Positions 1 through 12,000 of a DNA stretch of 64,000 nt are shown here, piece after piece. Both the position numbers and the translations under genes were made by a program. The stretch is from Macrostomum lignano (taxonomy: Eukaryota), in contig NIVC01000728.1 in NCBI GenBank assembly GCA_002269645.1, positions 62,001-126,000 of the forward strand, read 5' to 3'. Within the stretch, counting starts at the first letter, position 1, and each line of letters opens with the position of its first letter. The notes beneath the pieces were generated by a model. The model made no database searches, was not told where the DNA came from, and saw only the letters and a program-made list of their open reading frames with translations.

Positions 1-24
1 TATTGCTCAACTTTACTTTCATAA

Positions 25-3000
25 ATGAAAATGTCGAAACTAATTGTAACTGTTGATAGCGCTGCAAATCTACCAAATGTTGACACGTTTGGGGAGAGTG
101 ACCCATTTTGCATTGTCGAAATTAAAGGTATGTTGTATTTTTTTAGTTGCTTCGAACCTATTTTTGTTGAAACTTATTTTTACAATAAAAGCCTGAATGA
201 AAATCTTATTCTAAAAATAAAAAAATGTAGTATAACTCTCAAACAATTTACAATTGTTTAATTTTCTTTTTTAAATATAATTACGCCAGATCAGATCTTA
301 TTCGTTATTTAGACACTCTTAAAAGCAAAAGTAACAGCAAAAATACTTCTGGGATTTAAGTTTGTTTTACTTGGCTCCTGAAGAGCTGACAGCTTAACTT
401 GATTTGTGTCAATTCTGTTCTTAAATCTTCATTGTCTAATAATAAATTATTGAAGAAAGGAATTTATTGTATTTAAAACAATACTCTCCACTGAATCAGG
501 CTATCGTTTTTTAATATTGTTTTTAACTGCAACAAATTTCAGGACTGAAGGGTCAGACAAAGGTCATTGACAATGATTTAAACCCAGTTTGGAAGGAGAA
601 AATTGAGCTGGATTTGGGCCCGCCTCTAAGCCCAGATGATAAACTGACAGTGACAGTGAAAGACCATGAAACAATTGGGCCGGACAAGTAAGTAAACTTT
701 AAATTCAAACGATTTGTTTTTATTCTAATCCACAACAATTACTCATGGTTAAATTCACAGACTGCTTGGCATGTGTGAAATTGCTCTCAAAGACCTGGTC
801 AAAGGCGGAAAGTCCGAGATGGAAGTGAACGCTCCGCTGCAGGATGCCAACAAGAGAGCCGTCGGAGTGCGTCAGCCTGAGGCTTAGCAATCTTTTATAA
901 TCAGAAAGCTTACAGAAACTATAAAGGCAACAATTCACCCTAAATTTCAGGCAACTGTCAAAGTGATGATCGTCTATGTTGGACCGAAAGGAAAAGGTAG
1001 CGCCTTGAAATCACAGTTTCTTTATCTATAACAATAACTGCTTAGACACACGTTTACATGCAACTAAATAAATATTTTAGGAACAGGAGTGCATTGTAAG
1101 TCTTTTAGGTTTTAGATAGTGTTGTACATAATCATAAACTTTGCTGATAAAACAGTTCGTGTGTATGCACATGTAAATCACATTTTTATTGCCGGTACTT
1201 TTGTGAATTGGTGTAAAGCTCTTTAGTTCTAGCTGTTCTTACTGTCAATAAATTATATAACAAGGCCCAAAGTAGCTTGTAGCTAATATATTATCTGTCG
1301 TGACTAATTATATCTATCTATCAATCAACAAATAATCGTGAGCTGTCTTATTTGCGTGAACTGACTCAATGCAGACACGACTGACTCGTCGCCGAGCGGT
1401 GGCGGCGGCGGCCAAACAATGGATGCCGAAGATGACGACGAGGAAGAAGAGGCCTTCGATCAGGCTGACGGCGGCGGCGGTGGCGGCGGCGGCGGTGGCA
1501 AAAAATCGCGGCGAAAGCGAAACGTCGGCGGAGCGGCAAAGCGAAAGACTCGGGCCAAGCTGAGCACGAAGCTGCAGGACTTTCAGGTGCGGCTTTGAGA
1601 TGGTTGCGAAGGGCTTACAGCAGGGAGTAGAGCTGAATGGACGGGGCTCAAGATGAGAAAAAGTCAACTTCAAATAGTGGAGCTTGAATCAGCGATTTCT
1701 ATGGACTAGTAAAGAACAGCTCAAGTCTGCTCAAGAATAAAAGGAACCAGGTGAAGAAGGAGGAACCAGGTAGAAGGGAAGGAGCCAGGTAGAATGGAAG
1801 GAGCCAAGTAGAATGGAAGGAGCCAGGTAGAATGGAAGGAACCAGATAGAATGGAAGGAACCAGCCAGAATAAAAGGGACCAGGGATAATGGAAGAGACC
1901 AGGCAGGATGGAAGGGATCAGATAGAAACCAGGTAGAAGGAGTCAGATAGGAACCAAGTAGAGTGGAAGGAACCAGGCAGAATGAAAGGAACCAGGCAGA
2001 ATGGAAGGGACCTGATAGAAACCAGGCAGAATGGAAGGGACCTGATAGAAACCAGGCAGAATGGAAGGGACCTGATAGAAACCAGGCAGAATGGAAGGGA
2101 CCTGATAGAAACCAGGCAGAATGGAAGGGACCAGATAGAAACCAGGCAGAATTGAAGGGACCAGATAGAAGCCAGGCAGAATGGAAGGGACCAGATAGAA
2201 ACCAGGCAGAATGGAAGGGACCAGATAGAAACCAGGCAGAATGGAAGGGACCAGATAGAAACCAGGCAGAATGGAAGGGACCTGATAGAAACCAGGCAGA
2301 ATGGAAGGGACCAGATAGAAACCAGGCAGAATGGAAGGGACCAGATAGAAATCAGGCAGAATGGAAGGGACCAGATAGAAACCAGGCAGAATGGAAGGGA
2401 CCAGATAGAAATCAGGCAGAATGGAAGGGACCAGATAGAAACCAGGCAGAATGGAAGGGACCTGATAGAAACCAGGCAGAATGGAAGGGACCTGATAGAA
2501 ACCAGGCAGAATATTTTCGAGGTTTTTATTAAATAACTTTTATTAAATAACTTTTTTTAAATTTAGCAAAAACCAGCGCATGGTAAATCCCCGACACTAT
2601 AGACAAGGTTGATGCGTAAGGCTCTCCGAGTACACCGGGTACATTGACTATGTATGAATATCAATGGACTACGATGTACTCTAGACGGAGCCAACTGTGC
2701 TCTGCCTGGGTGGGGTGTTTACAAGTATCAGGAATTTCTGTTTTGATAGAAGAATATACCAAGATGTGAGCAGAGATGAATAATAGAAATAGCAGACTGC
2801 ACAGTCAGATAGATGCTTTTTGAGTTCATTTCTCGTCTTCTGCTTGTGCACAGCAACAGGGGCCGATGCGAAGGCATGCACGTTCTTTTATTCTCAACCG
2901 AAGCAAACAATAGTTGGAGACATTAGAAGCATATGGGTGTCTCCCATTGAGACCTGAATGCATGTAGCACCCCGGCAAATGCAAAGTGAAAGCAAAATTG

Positions 3001-6000
3001 CAGAAAAAAATGAAAAATGCGCCATTTTAGAAGCAATCTAACTGAGCCAATACAGTATGGCTCTAGTTGCTAAAAATAGCACTTAATTACACCGCAGTTG
3101 TATCGGAATTCAACTCGCACGTTCTTTGCTATTCTCTCAATACCAAATCAACCCAGAGACTCACAGGTTCGCCCCCCCCCCCCACCTCGGCTCTCGATCC
3201 CGTTTTTTTTCTTTCAGTCTTCTTTCAGTGCGCAAGTATTTGCTGTTGACAATCGATATTGACTGGGCAGGGGAGTGCAGGCATGCACAGGCTGCGGAGC
3301 AGGGCAGCGTACATTCAGTTTGGCAGCCGATTTTGCCTTTTACGCACCAATTTTTTGACCCACCCCCTTTTTACTGGGCGCTGAAGAGCGGGGCTGTACG
3401 AGTGTAGGGCGGCTCCTAATCTCTTAGTTGCTAAGCTGAGCTCTATGGTAGCGGCAGGCCAGAATTTTTCCTGGCATTCACTTCTGAAACTGTCCCTTAA
3501 TCCTTTCTCTCGTCTTTCACTTCCGGTCCAGATACGGAGAGAGGGGGACTGTTCGAGAAGGTGCCTGTTGCCATGGCGATTCTCTCTTGTCTCTCTCTCT
3601 CTCTCCCAGACTTGAAGCAGCACTCAATATAGCGGAGTCGGAAGTGCAGCTTAGCGCAACTCCCTATATTTGCCATTTCATTCAGCCCACTGCAGCTCAT
3701 GAGCTCTGGGGCCATGCGATTTTGGAACCAACAGGCACACCTGTTGTTCTATAACCCCCCCCCCAGCCCAGAAATCCCTGCCCAAGAGCGGCAGTGAGTG
3801 CCAGTCAGAAATCGGTATACTGTAGGTAGAGGTCCGATCGCAGCCACTCTCGCGGAGCGGGGGCGGTCAGCACAGAGAAAAAAGTATTTTATTTCTCAAC
3901 ACTTCTTTTTTTGGGAACAATTTTTGACGCGGAGAGCAGCTATTCCCAAAGTTGTGACGCGGTTCTGATCGACCAGGAAAAAGTGTTCTGGAAGAGTAGG
4001 ATTGAGAAACTATAGAAATCTGTCTCTCTGTTCTCTCTTTGCTTCAATTCTTTGCATTAAGATCAAGCTCAATTTTTTTACACTTGTCCGCATATTGTTA
4101 GCATATTGATATATTAAATTCGCAAACCTTTTATTGTGCACTAGTAGGTAGCTATGTGTACATTGGGGCGGGGTTAGAATTCATTTCAGGTAGACTGTAG
4201 GTATGCAATATATTCTACAGTGTCTTAACCTTACTACTTATCATAAAGTATACAGCGTTACTTAAAATTATAATGTTAAATTGAAGATTACGATTATAAA
4301 ATTTTAAGATTATTAAATAAAATGACTTCTTTAATATAGATATAGAGTAGACATCTTTAGAGACGATGAAGTCGGAAATTCCTTTGCTACGAGGAGGCTA
4401 TGGGTCGGTATGGGTTGTTACGGGAGGCTATGGGTTGCTACGGGAGGCTATGGGTTGCTACGGGAGGCTATGGGTTGCTACGGGAGGCAGTATGGGTTGT
4501 TACGGGAGGCTATGGGTTGTTACGGGAGGCAGTATGGGTTGTTACGGGAGGCTATGGGTTGTTACGGGAGGCAGTATGGGTTGTTACGGGAGGCTATGGG
4601 TTGTTACGGGAGGCTATGGGTTGTTACGGGAGGCTATGGGTTGTTACGGGAAGCAGCGTGGGTTGTTACGGGAAGCAGCGTGGGTTGTTACGGGAGGCTA
4701 TGGTTTGTTACGGGAGGCTATGGGTTGTTACGGGAGGCAGTGTGGGGTGTTACGGGAGGCTATGGGTTGTTACGGTAGGCAGTATGGGTTGTTACGGGAG
4801 GCTATGGGTTGTTACGGGAGGCTATGGGTTGTTACGGGAGGCTATGGGTTGTTACGGGAAGCAGCGTGGGTTGTTACGGGAAGCAGCGTGGGTTGTTACG
4901 GGAAGCAGCGTGGGTTGTTACGGGAAGCAGCGTGGGTTGTTACGGGAGGCAGTGTGGGTTGTTACGGGAAGCAGTGTGGGTTGTTACGGGAAGCAGCGTG
5001 GGTTGTTACGGGAAGCAGCGTGGGTTGTTACGGGAAGCAGCGTGGGTTGCTACGGGAAGCAGCGTGGGTTGTTACGGGAAGCAGCGTGGGTTGTTACGGG
5101 AGGCAGTTGAGTAAATCTCTGCCACCGCGCTGCGCCGTCACCCTCCAGATCCGCATCCGCATTGTGGAAGCCCGCCAGCTGCAGGGCGCCAACATCAGCC
5201 CGGTGTGCCGAGTGACCTGCTACAACCAGATGAAGCAGACCAGGATTAAAAAGTCCACCAATTCGCCATACTGGGGCGAGACGTTCTTCTTTAACTTCAA
5301 CGTGTCTCCGGCCGATCTCATGGAAGAGCTGGTCGAATGCGGGGTGAGTTTTTAGGTTTATTGATTGATTTCTGCTCTGCAGTTCCTCAGTTCCCCACCT
5401 GACGTTGCTCGCTTCTCGCACCAATCCACCGCGATCAGGTGTTCAATTCTCGCCGTCTGCGCTCGGACGCCATGATTGGCGCCTTCAAATTCGACCTCGG
5501 CATGCTATACGAGGAGGACGGGCACGTCTTCCTGAACAAGTGGCTGCTGCTCAGCGACCCCGAGGATCCGCAGGGCGGCGCCAAGGGCTACCTGAAAATC
5601 TGCGCAGTCATCCTGGGACCCGGAGACGAAGCGCCCGTGAGCTTCTGCCTGCTTTTGTCTTTGTGACTGTCTGCTCCCTGTGTCTTTGTGCCCGTCTGCT
5701 GTCTGTGTCTTTGTGCCTGTTTGCTGTCTGTGTCTTTGTGCCCGTCTGCTGTCTGTGCCTTTGTGCCTGTCTGCTGTCTGTGTCTTTGTGTCTGCCTGCT
5801 ACCTGTGTCTTTGTGTCTGCCTGCTACCTGTGTCTTTGTGTCTGTCTGCTGCCTGTGTCTTTGTGTCTGTCTTCTGCCTGTGTCTTTGTGCCCGTCTGCT
5901 GTCTGTGTCTTTGTGTCTGTCTGCTGCCTGTGTCTTTGTGTCTGTCTTCTGCCTGTGTCTTTGTGCCCGTCTGCTGTCTGTGTCTTTGTGTCTGTCTGCT

Positions 6001-9000
6001 GCCTGTGTCTTTGTGTCTGCCTGCTAGCTGTGTCTTTGTGCCTGTCTGCTGCCTGTGTCTTTGTGTCGGTCTTCTGCCTGTGTCTTTGTGCCCGTCTGCT
6101 GTCTGTGTCTTTATGTCTGTTTGCTGCCTGTCTTTGTGTCTGTCTGCTGCCTGTGTCTTTATGTCTGTTTGCTGCCTGTCTTTGTGTCTGTCTGCTGCCT
6201 GTGTCTTTGTGTCTGCCTGCTAGCTGTGCCTTTGTGCCTGTCTGCTGGCTGTCCTTGTGCCTGTGTATTTTTGCCTGTCTTGCTCCATGCCTGTGTCTTA
6301 GGGTCTGCCTGCTGTCTTTCTGTCAACGTCTTATTGTCTGTCTTCTGCCTGCCTGCCAGCTGTATCTTAGTGTCTGTCTCAGTGTCTTTGTCTCCCACCG
6401 ATTACAATGCCCCTCATCGCCTGCCACCCGCAGAGCTTCAAGCAGGCGAGCAGCGCTGATGAGGATGAGGACATCGAGTCCAACCTGTTGCGACCCGCCG
6501 GTGTGCAGCTGCGGCCGGCGACATTCACGCTGAGGGTCTACCGGGCTGAGGACCTGCCAAAAAGTGAGTCTTAAGAGCCATCTCGAGTCGTTGGATGAAA
6601 TGATAATTAATGGTTCAGTTTCCTGCCATGCACAATTATGTTTTTCTGTTTCTGACTTCAGTGGACACGGAGATATTCCAAGGCGTAAGGAAGATCTTCA
6701 CTGGCACGTCAACGAAAGAGCTGGTGGATCCTTATCTTGTGTTTCAATTTGCCGGCAAAGAGGTTCGCACCGAGACAAAGTACACAAACGACCATCCTGA
6801 GTGGAATGAAGAACTGCGCATGGGACTGCAGTTTCCGTCAATGTGCGAAAGAATCAAATTTCAGATGTTTGATTGGTAAGTGGCCAGCGGATTTGATAGG
6901 AATAGGGGCAAGAGTGAATGCCGTTCCGGACAGCCAATCAGCGAAGAAAGAGGGGAAGGGAGAGAGAGGTTAGCGTAGCACTAAACTTGGGCAAGGGTTT
7001 ATTGCGATCTTCAGCCAATAAAATAAGAGGGAAAGGACGCGAGAGCAAATGTACACATATAAATTGACCTCTTTAATGAACCAAGGAGATAAGGAAGGGA
7101 GTGAGTGCAAATGTACACACTTAAATTAGCCTCCTTAATGAATCAATGAGATAAGGAAAGGGAGCGAGAGCCTATGTACGCATTTAAATTGGCCTCCTTA
7201 ATCAACCAATGAGATAAAGGAAGGGATCGAAAGCCAATGTACTCGCTAAACTTGGCAAGTGGTTTATTGGTATCAGTAGCCAATAGAAAGGAGATAAGGG
7301 AAGGAGAGCAAGTGGCACTCATATGATCGGGAAAAATGCTAAATTTCGTCGCGTCTTGCTGCCAGCAATGATCGGTCTCAATGTACATTTAAATCTTGTG
7401 TCAGCGAATCAGAGAAGAGAGAGAATATCGCAAATCTTAATTTTGACACAAATTATTTCAGGGACCGCATGACAGAAGACGATATAATCGGAACCAATTA
7501 CATCGACATACCGCTCATCTCAGCTCAAGGCGACACAGGTGAGACAAAAACATCTGTTCAGTAGTCAACGCTCGAGGGAAATTATGAAAAAAATCGCAAT
7601 GAATTCCTCATTGATAGGTTTCCTCTAAAGATCAGACACCCAGCCAGAAGCATTGTCAATCCTGCGATTAAGAAACCTGACCTGAAACAACCTTTTTGGT
7701 ATTTAGACTAACCTTTTTCATAAAGTTCGTCATTGTACTGTATTTTTTGTATAAATAGGTACAAATCCGTAAAACTAGTTGAGGTTGGATAAACCGTCCT
7801 TCGAAAAATCTGTTCTTTGTTGCAGATAAAGACTCGGAAGGTAAAAAGAGTGGTAGTTGTTTGTTTTACTGTTTACCCTTCGATTTATTCCTCCGCTAAT
7901 CTGCAGTCGAACCCGCGATGGAGGTCGCTTCTTTTACCTGTGGAAGCTTGCAGGAAATATAAAATAAAAGCATAAACTCAATGAACTAACCCAAACTGAA
8001 AGATCAGAGGGTTGTTTTAATGAGTCACTGAAGGATCAGAGGGTAGCTTTGGTGAGTCACTGAAGGATCTCGGGGTAGCTTTGGTGAGTCACTGAAGGAT
8101 CAGAGAGTAGCTTTGGTGAGTCACTGAAGGATCAGAGAGTGGCTTTGGTGAGTCACTGAAGAATCAGAGAGTGGCTTTGGTGAGTCACTGAAGGATCAGA
8201 TAGTGGCTTTGGTGAGTCACTGAAGGATCAGAGAGTGGCTTTGGTGAGTCACTGAAGGATCTCGGGGTAGCTTTGGTGAGTCACTGAAGAATCAGAGAGT
8301 GGCTTTGGTGAGTCACTGAAGGATCTCGGGGTAGCTTTGGTGAGTCACTGAAGGATCAGAGAGTGGCTTTGGTGAGTCACTGAAGGATCAGAGAGTGGCT
8401 TTGGTGAGTCACTGAAGGATCAGAGGGTAGCTTTGGTGAGTCACTGAAGGATCAGAGGGTAGCTTTGGTGAGTCACTGAAGGATCAGAGAGTGGCTTTGG
8501 TGAGTCACTGAAGGATCAGAGGGTAGCTTTGGTGAGTCACTGAAGGATCTCGGGGTAGCTTTGGTGAGTCACTGAAGGATCAGAGAGTGGCTTTGGTGAG
8601 TCACTGAAGAATCAGAGAGTGGCTTTGGTGAGTCACTGAAGGATCAGAGAGTGGCTTTGGTGAGTCACTGAAGGATCAGAGAGTGGCTTTGGTGAGTCAC
8701 TGAAGGATCTCGGGTAGCTTTGGTGAGTCACTGAAGAATCAGAGAGTGGCTTTGGTGAGTCACTGAAGGATCTCGGGGTAGCTTTGGTGAGTCACTGAAG
8801 GATCAGAGGGTAGCTTTGGTGAGTCACTGAAGGATCAGAGTGTAGCTTTGGTGAGTCACTGAAGGATCAGAGGGTAGCTTTGGTGAGTCACTGAAGGATC
8901 ATTGGTAGGGGAGTGAGGTCCTCGATTCGTGTTGTACCTGATGATTTGAAAGTACCTCTAGCGTCGCTTGATCAGAAACTTCGTTGCATTCATCAAAGCA

Positions 9001-12000
9001 GCTATATTTCGTGGTAACGAGTGCTTTCCATGAAGATTATTTCTTTTTTTTTATTTACGGATTTTTGCTTAATTTTTGGTAGACAATTATTGCAATTTTT
9101 TACCGAATTCAATTATCGGAACAATTAATGGTTGACAAGTTGGTAAACTTTTGAATTTATGCAAATTCAAGCAGAATACAGAATACAAACCGGATGGCTC
9201 CCATTGCAGTTTAGCAATAATCTTAAATGCCTAGGTGGTCTCATTCTAGAACTCGAATAAGTGATAAAAGAAAGTCAGAAAGAAGAAGCCAAATTCAAAC
9301 AAGCTACTGTCAGTAGCAATATAAAAATCTTAGGTGCATTTTTGAACAAGAATATCAAGGCTACATGTAGGAGACGTGACAACCGCCACCCCGCAGGCTA
9401 CCTGCCCATGTTCGGGCCCTGCTTCGTCAATTTCTACGGATCTCCGCGCGAATTCTCCGAACTCGGCGACCAATACGAATCGTTGAACGAAGGCAAAGGC
9501 GAAGGCGTCGCCTATCGGGGCCGCGTGCTGCTCGAGCTGAAAACCGAGTTAGGTGAGACGCCCGAGCAGAGCAAAGAAGAGATCGGCGACGACCAGCTGC
9601 TGAAGGTGCAGAAGTTCCTTCGCCGCCGGAAGTACCGCCTGCACGCGGCCTTCTCCAGCGCCAGCATGATCTCCGAGGTGGACGCGCCAGTTGAATTCGA
9701 GATTAGCATCGGTAACTATGGCAACAAGCTGGACGAGTCGGTACCACCGACTGCGTCGACCACGCAGCCGACTAATGCTGTGTTCGACGGCGTGCACTAT
9801 TACTTCCTGCCGTGGGGCAACACCAAGCCATGTACGGTGGTGGAGAGCCAGTGGGAGGACATCGGATTCCGGCTGCACTCCATCAATTTTCTGCACAGAA
9901 TCCTGGAGAAGCTGGTGATTGTCACTTCAGTTCTTTATAGTTTATACCGTTTATTTAGCAAGAACAGCTACACTAGATCGCGCCAATTAGTATTCAGAGC
10001 GCGACGATAGACTGCCGACAAGTTATATGCTATAGGGTTATAGGTTCAGGATAGCGTTAGGTTTGACAGTCAATGTGGCATAATGTGACCACAAAAGGTG
10101 GGGGTCGAGCCAGACAGACCGAGACCGGTTTCCGGCTTTTTTGCCTTCTTCAGTCAGTCATAGCCACCCGCCGTCCTCACCCATCACTCTTAGTGTGCAC
10201 AGACGTTTCTTTTATGCAACATTTTTCGGGCTATGTGAGATATTTTGCGACTCAAATCTTTATTGGTCTACTTTTCTCAGTAGCCTAAATTGAATCTCTC
10301 ACAGACAATTCGTAGCCATGGTAAAAAATGTGAAAGTATTCAGCCTTTGTAAAAGCTAAACTGGCAGCATCTTCTGGGCTATCGAGTAAAGTCTCGTATG
10401 ACTCACAAACTTATCAAGCTGATGTTTCCAGAATGTTAAGACGCATTAAGAAGGCGCTGCTAAAGTTGGGCTTGGGCTAAAGGAAAACATTCTCTTCTTT
10501 GATTAGGAAACAGAATAGGGTGAGGGAAAGAGATGAGAGCGCGCCCACTCTTCACTTGAAAAAAAACGCGCTCCCACATCATCCTCCGAACGCGTCCAGG
10601 ACGAGAACATCGAGAAGATCCACGTGGCGATAAAGGCCAAATTGCCGGACGAAGAGCAAGCCCAGTTCACCATCGCTGCCATAGATGATCTCATTGTGAT
10701 GTGCAAGTGAGTCCTCCCAATGTTTTAATGCAGCCAGCAACAAGTGCAAGAGCACATTGGGTAATCCTAAAAAAGATTAACGTACACTTCTAAGCTCAAT
10801 AAGGGGCGGAGCGGCTCAGCGGTAAACACGACACCCAGTTTGATTCCGTTACGTCAACAGTGTACATGCCTGACGATTAGAAAGTCAAAGTGCCACTGTA
10901 CACCCTGTATGAGCGTGTGCATGAGTGCGTGCCTGCGTACAGTATTGACGCGCTTGCATGTGGTCAGGAGTCAGCGGAATGGCCAGTGTTGCCGTCAGTG
11001 CTGGTTGTGTGACGATGTCGCCCGATGGCAATTTGGCCTTCCGAGACAAATATATAGTTCGATAAAACCGACCAGTGAATCTTGAATCTATCAGTTGGAT
11101 ACATGGATTATTCAAAACTCCCTCCTTCAGCAAAGACTTGCCCGAATGGGAGCCGGGCCAGAGTCCAGCCAACGAGCTCGACCTCAACCTGCAGTCGTTG
11201 CGCGAAAACGAATTAAAAAACATTCGTCGCGCGGCCAGCAAGCTGCGCGAAGAGTGCACCTCGGTTGAGGAGGCCGTCAACGAGTTGGATTCGTTTAGAA
11301 ATCAGATTCGAGCCATCGCAATCGAGGTAAGGTGTGGGGAACAGACTCGATTGTTGCTTGCTGACTCTTTACTACTTTCCTCTTAAAACGAGCATTGAGT
11401 CTGCATAGGTACAAAATCTGGTAAGACACATTAGCTACATATTCAGTCTCTGACCAGGCCAGTAAGACATCTATTCAGTCTGCTAGTTTGGCTAATAAGA
11501 CACGATCTATTCAGTCTATGGCCAGTAAGACAATACATATTCAGTCTATGGCCAGTAAAATACATATTCCGTCTATGACCAGTAAAACACAATACCTATT
11601 CAGTCTATGGCCACTAAGACACAATACATATTCAGTGAATGCCACTAAGACACAATACATATTCAGTCTATGGCCAGTAGGACACAATACATATTCAGTC
11701 TATGGCCAGTAAGACACAATACATATTCAGTCAATGCCACAAAGACACAATACATATTCAGTCTACGGCCACTAAGACACAATACATATTTCAGTCTATG
11801 GCCAGTAAGACACAATACATATTCAGTCTATGGCCAGTAGGACACAATACATATTCAGTCTATGGCCAGTAAGACACAATACATATTCAGTCAATGCCAC
11901 AAAGACACAATACATATTCAGTCTACGGCCACTAAGACACAATACATATTTCAGTCTATGGCCAGTAAGACACAATACATATTCAGTCAATGCCACAAAG

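Noticed and set aside
1963-2532. 189-aa ORF of [10 protein letters not shown] repeats
   Set aside because: Translation of a 30-bp intronic minisatellite; GTG start, no signal peptide, and the ferlin exons splice around it.
4180-4196. tcatttcag|gtagac AG-GT site in ferlin intron 5
   Set aside because: Short pyrimidine tract and weak donor; AG|GT occurs frequently by chance.
4366-5110. Overlapping GYG/GCYG-repeat ORFs resembling keratin-associated or shell proteins
   Set aside because: Open in all three frames because the repeat lacks stops; only 5149-5343 is real ferlin coding sequence.
5640-6430. Cys-rich CLCVCL ORFs (metallothionein-like appearance)
   Set aside because: TGTC-rich intronic repeat, open in several frames.
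8930-8965. CTGATGA-ttt-GAAA hammerhead-like core
   Set aside because: No stem II (only 3 nt between the core halves) and no stem I pairing after the putative cleavage site.
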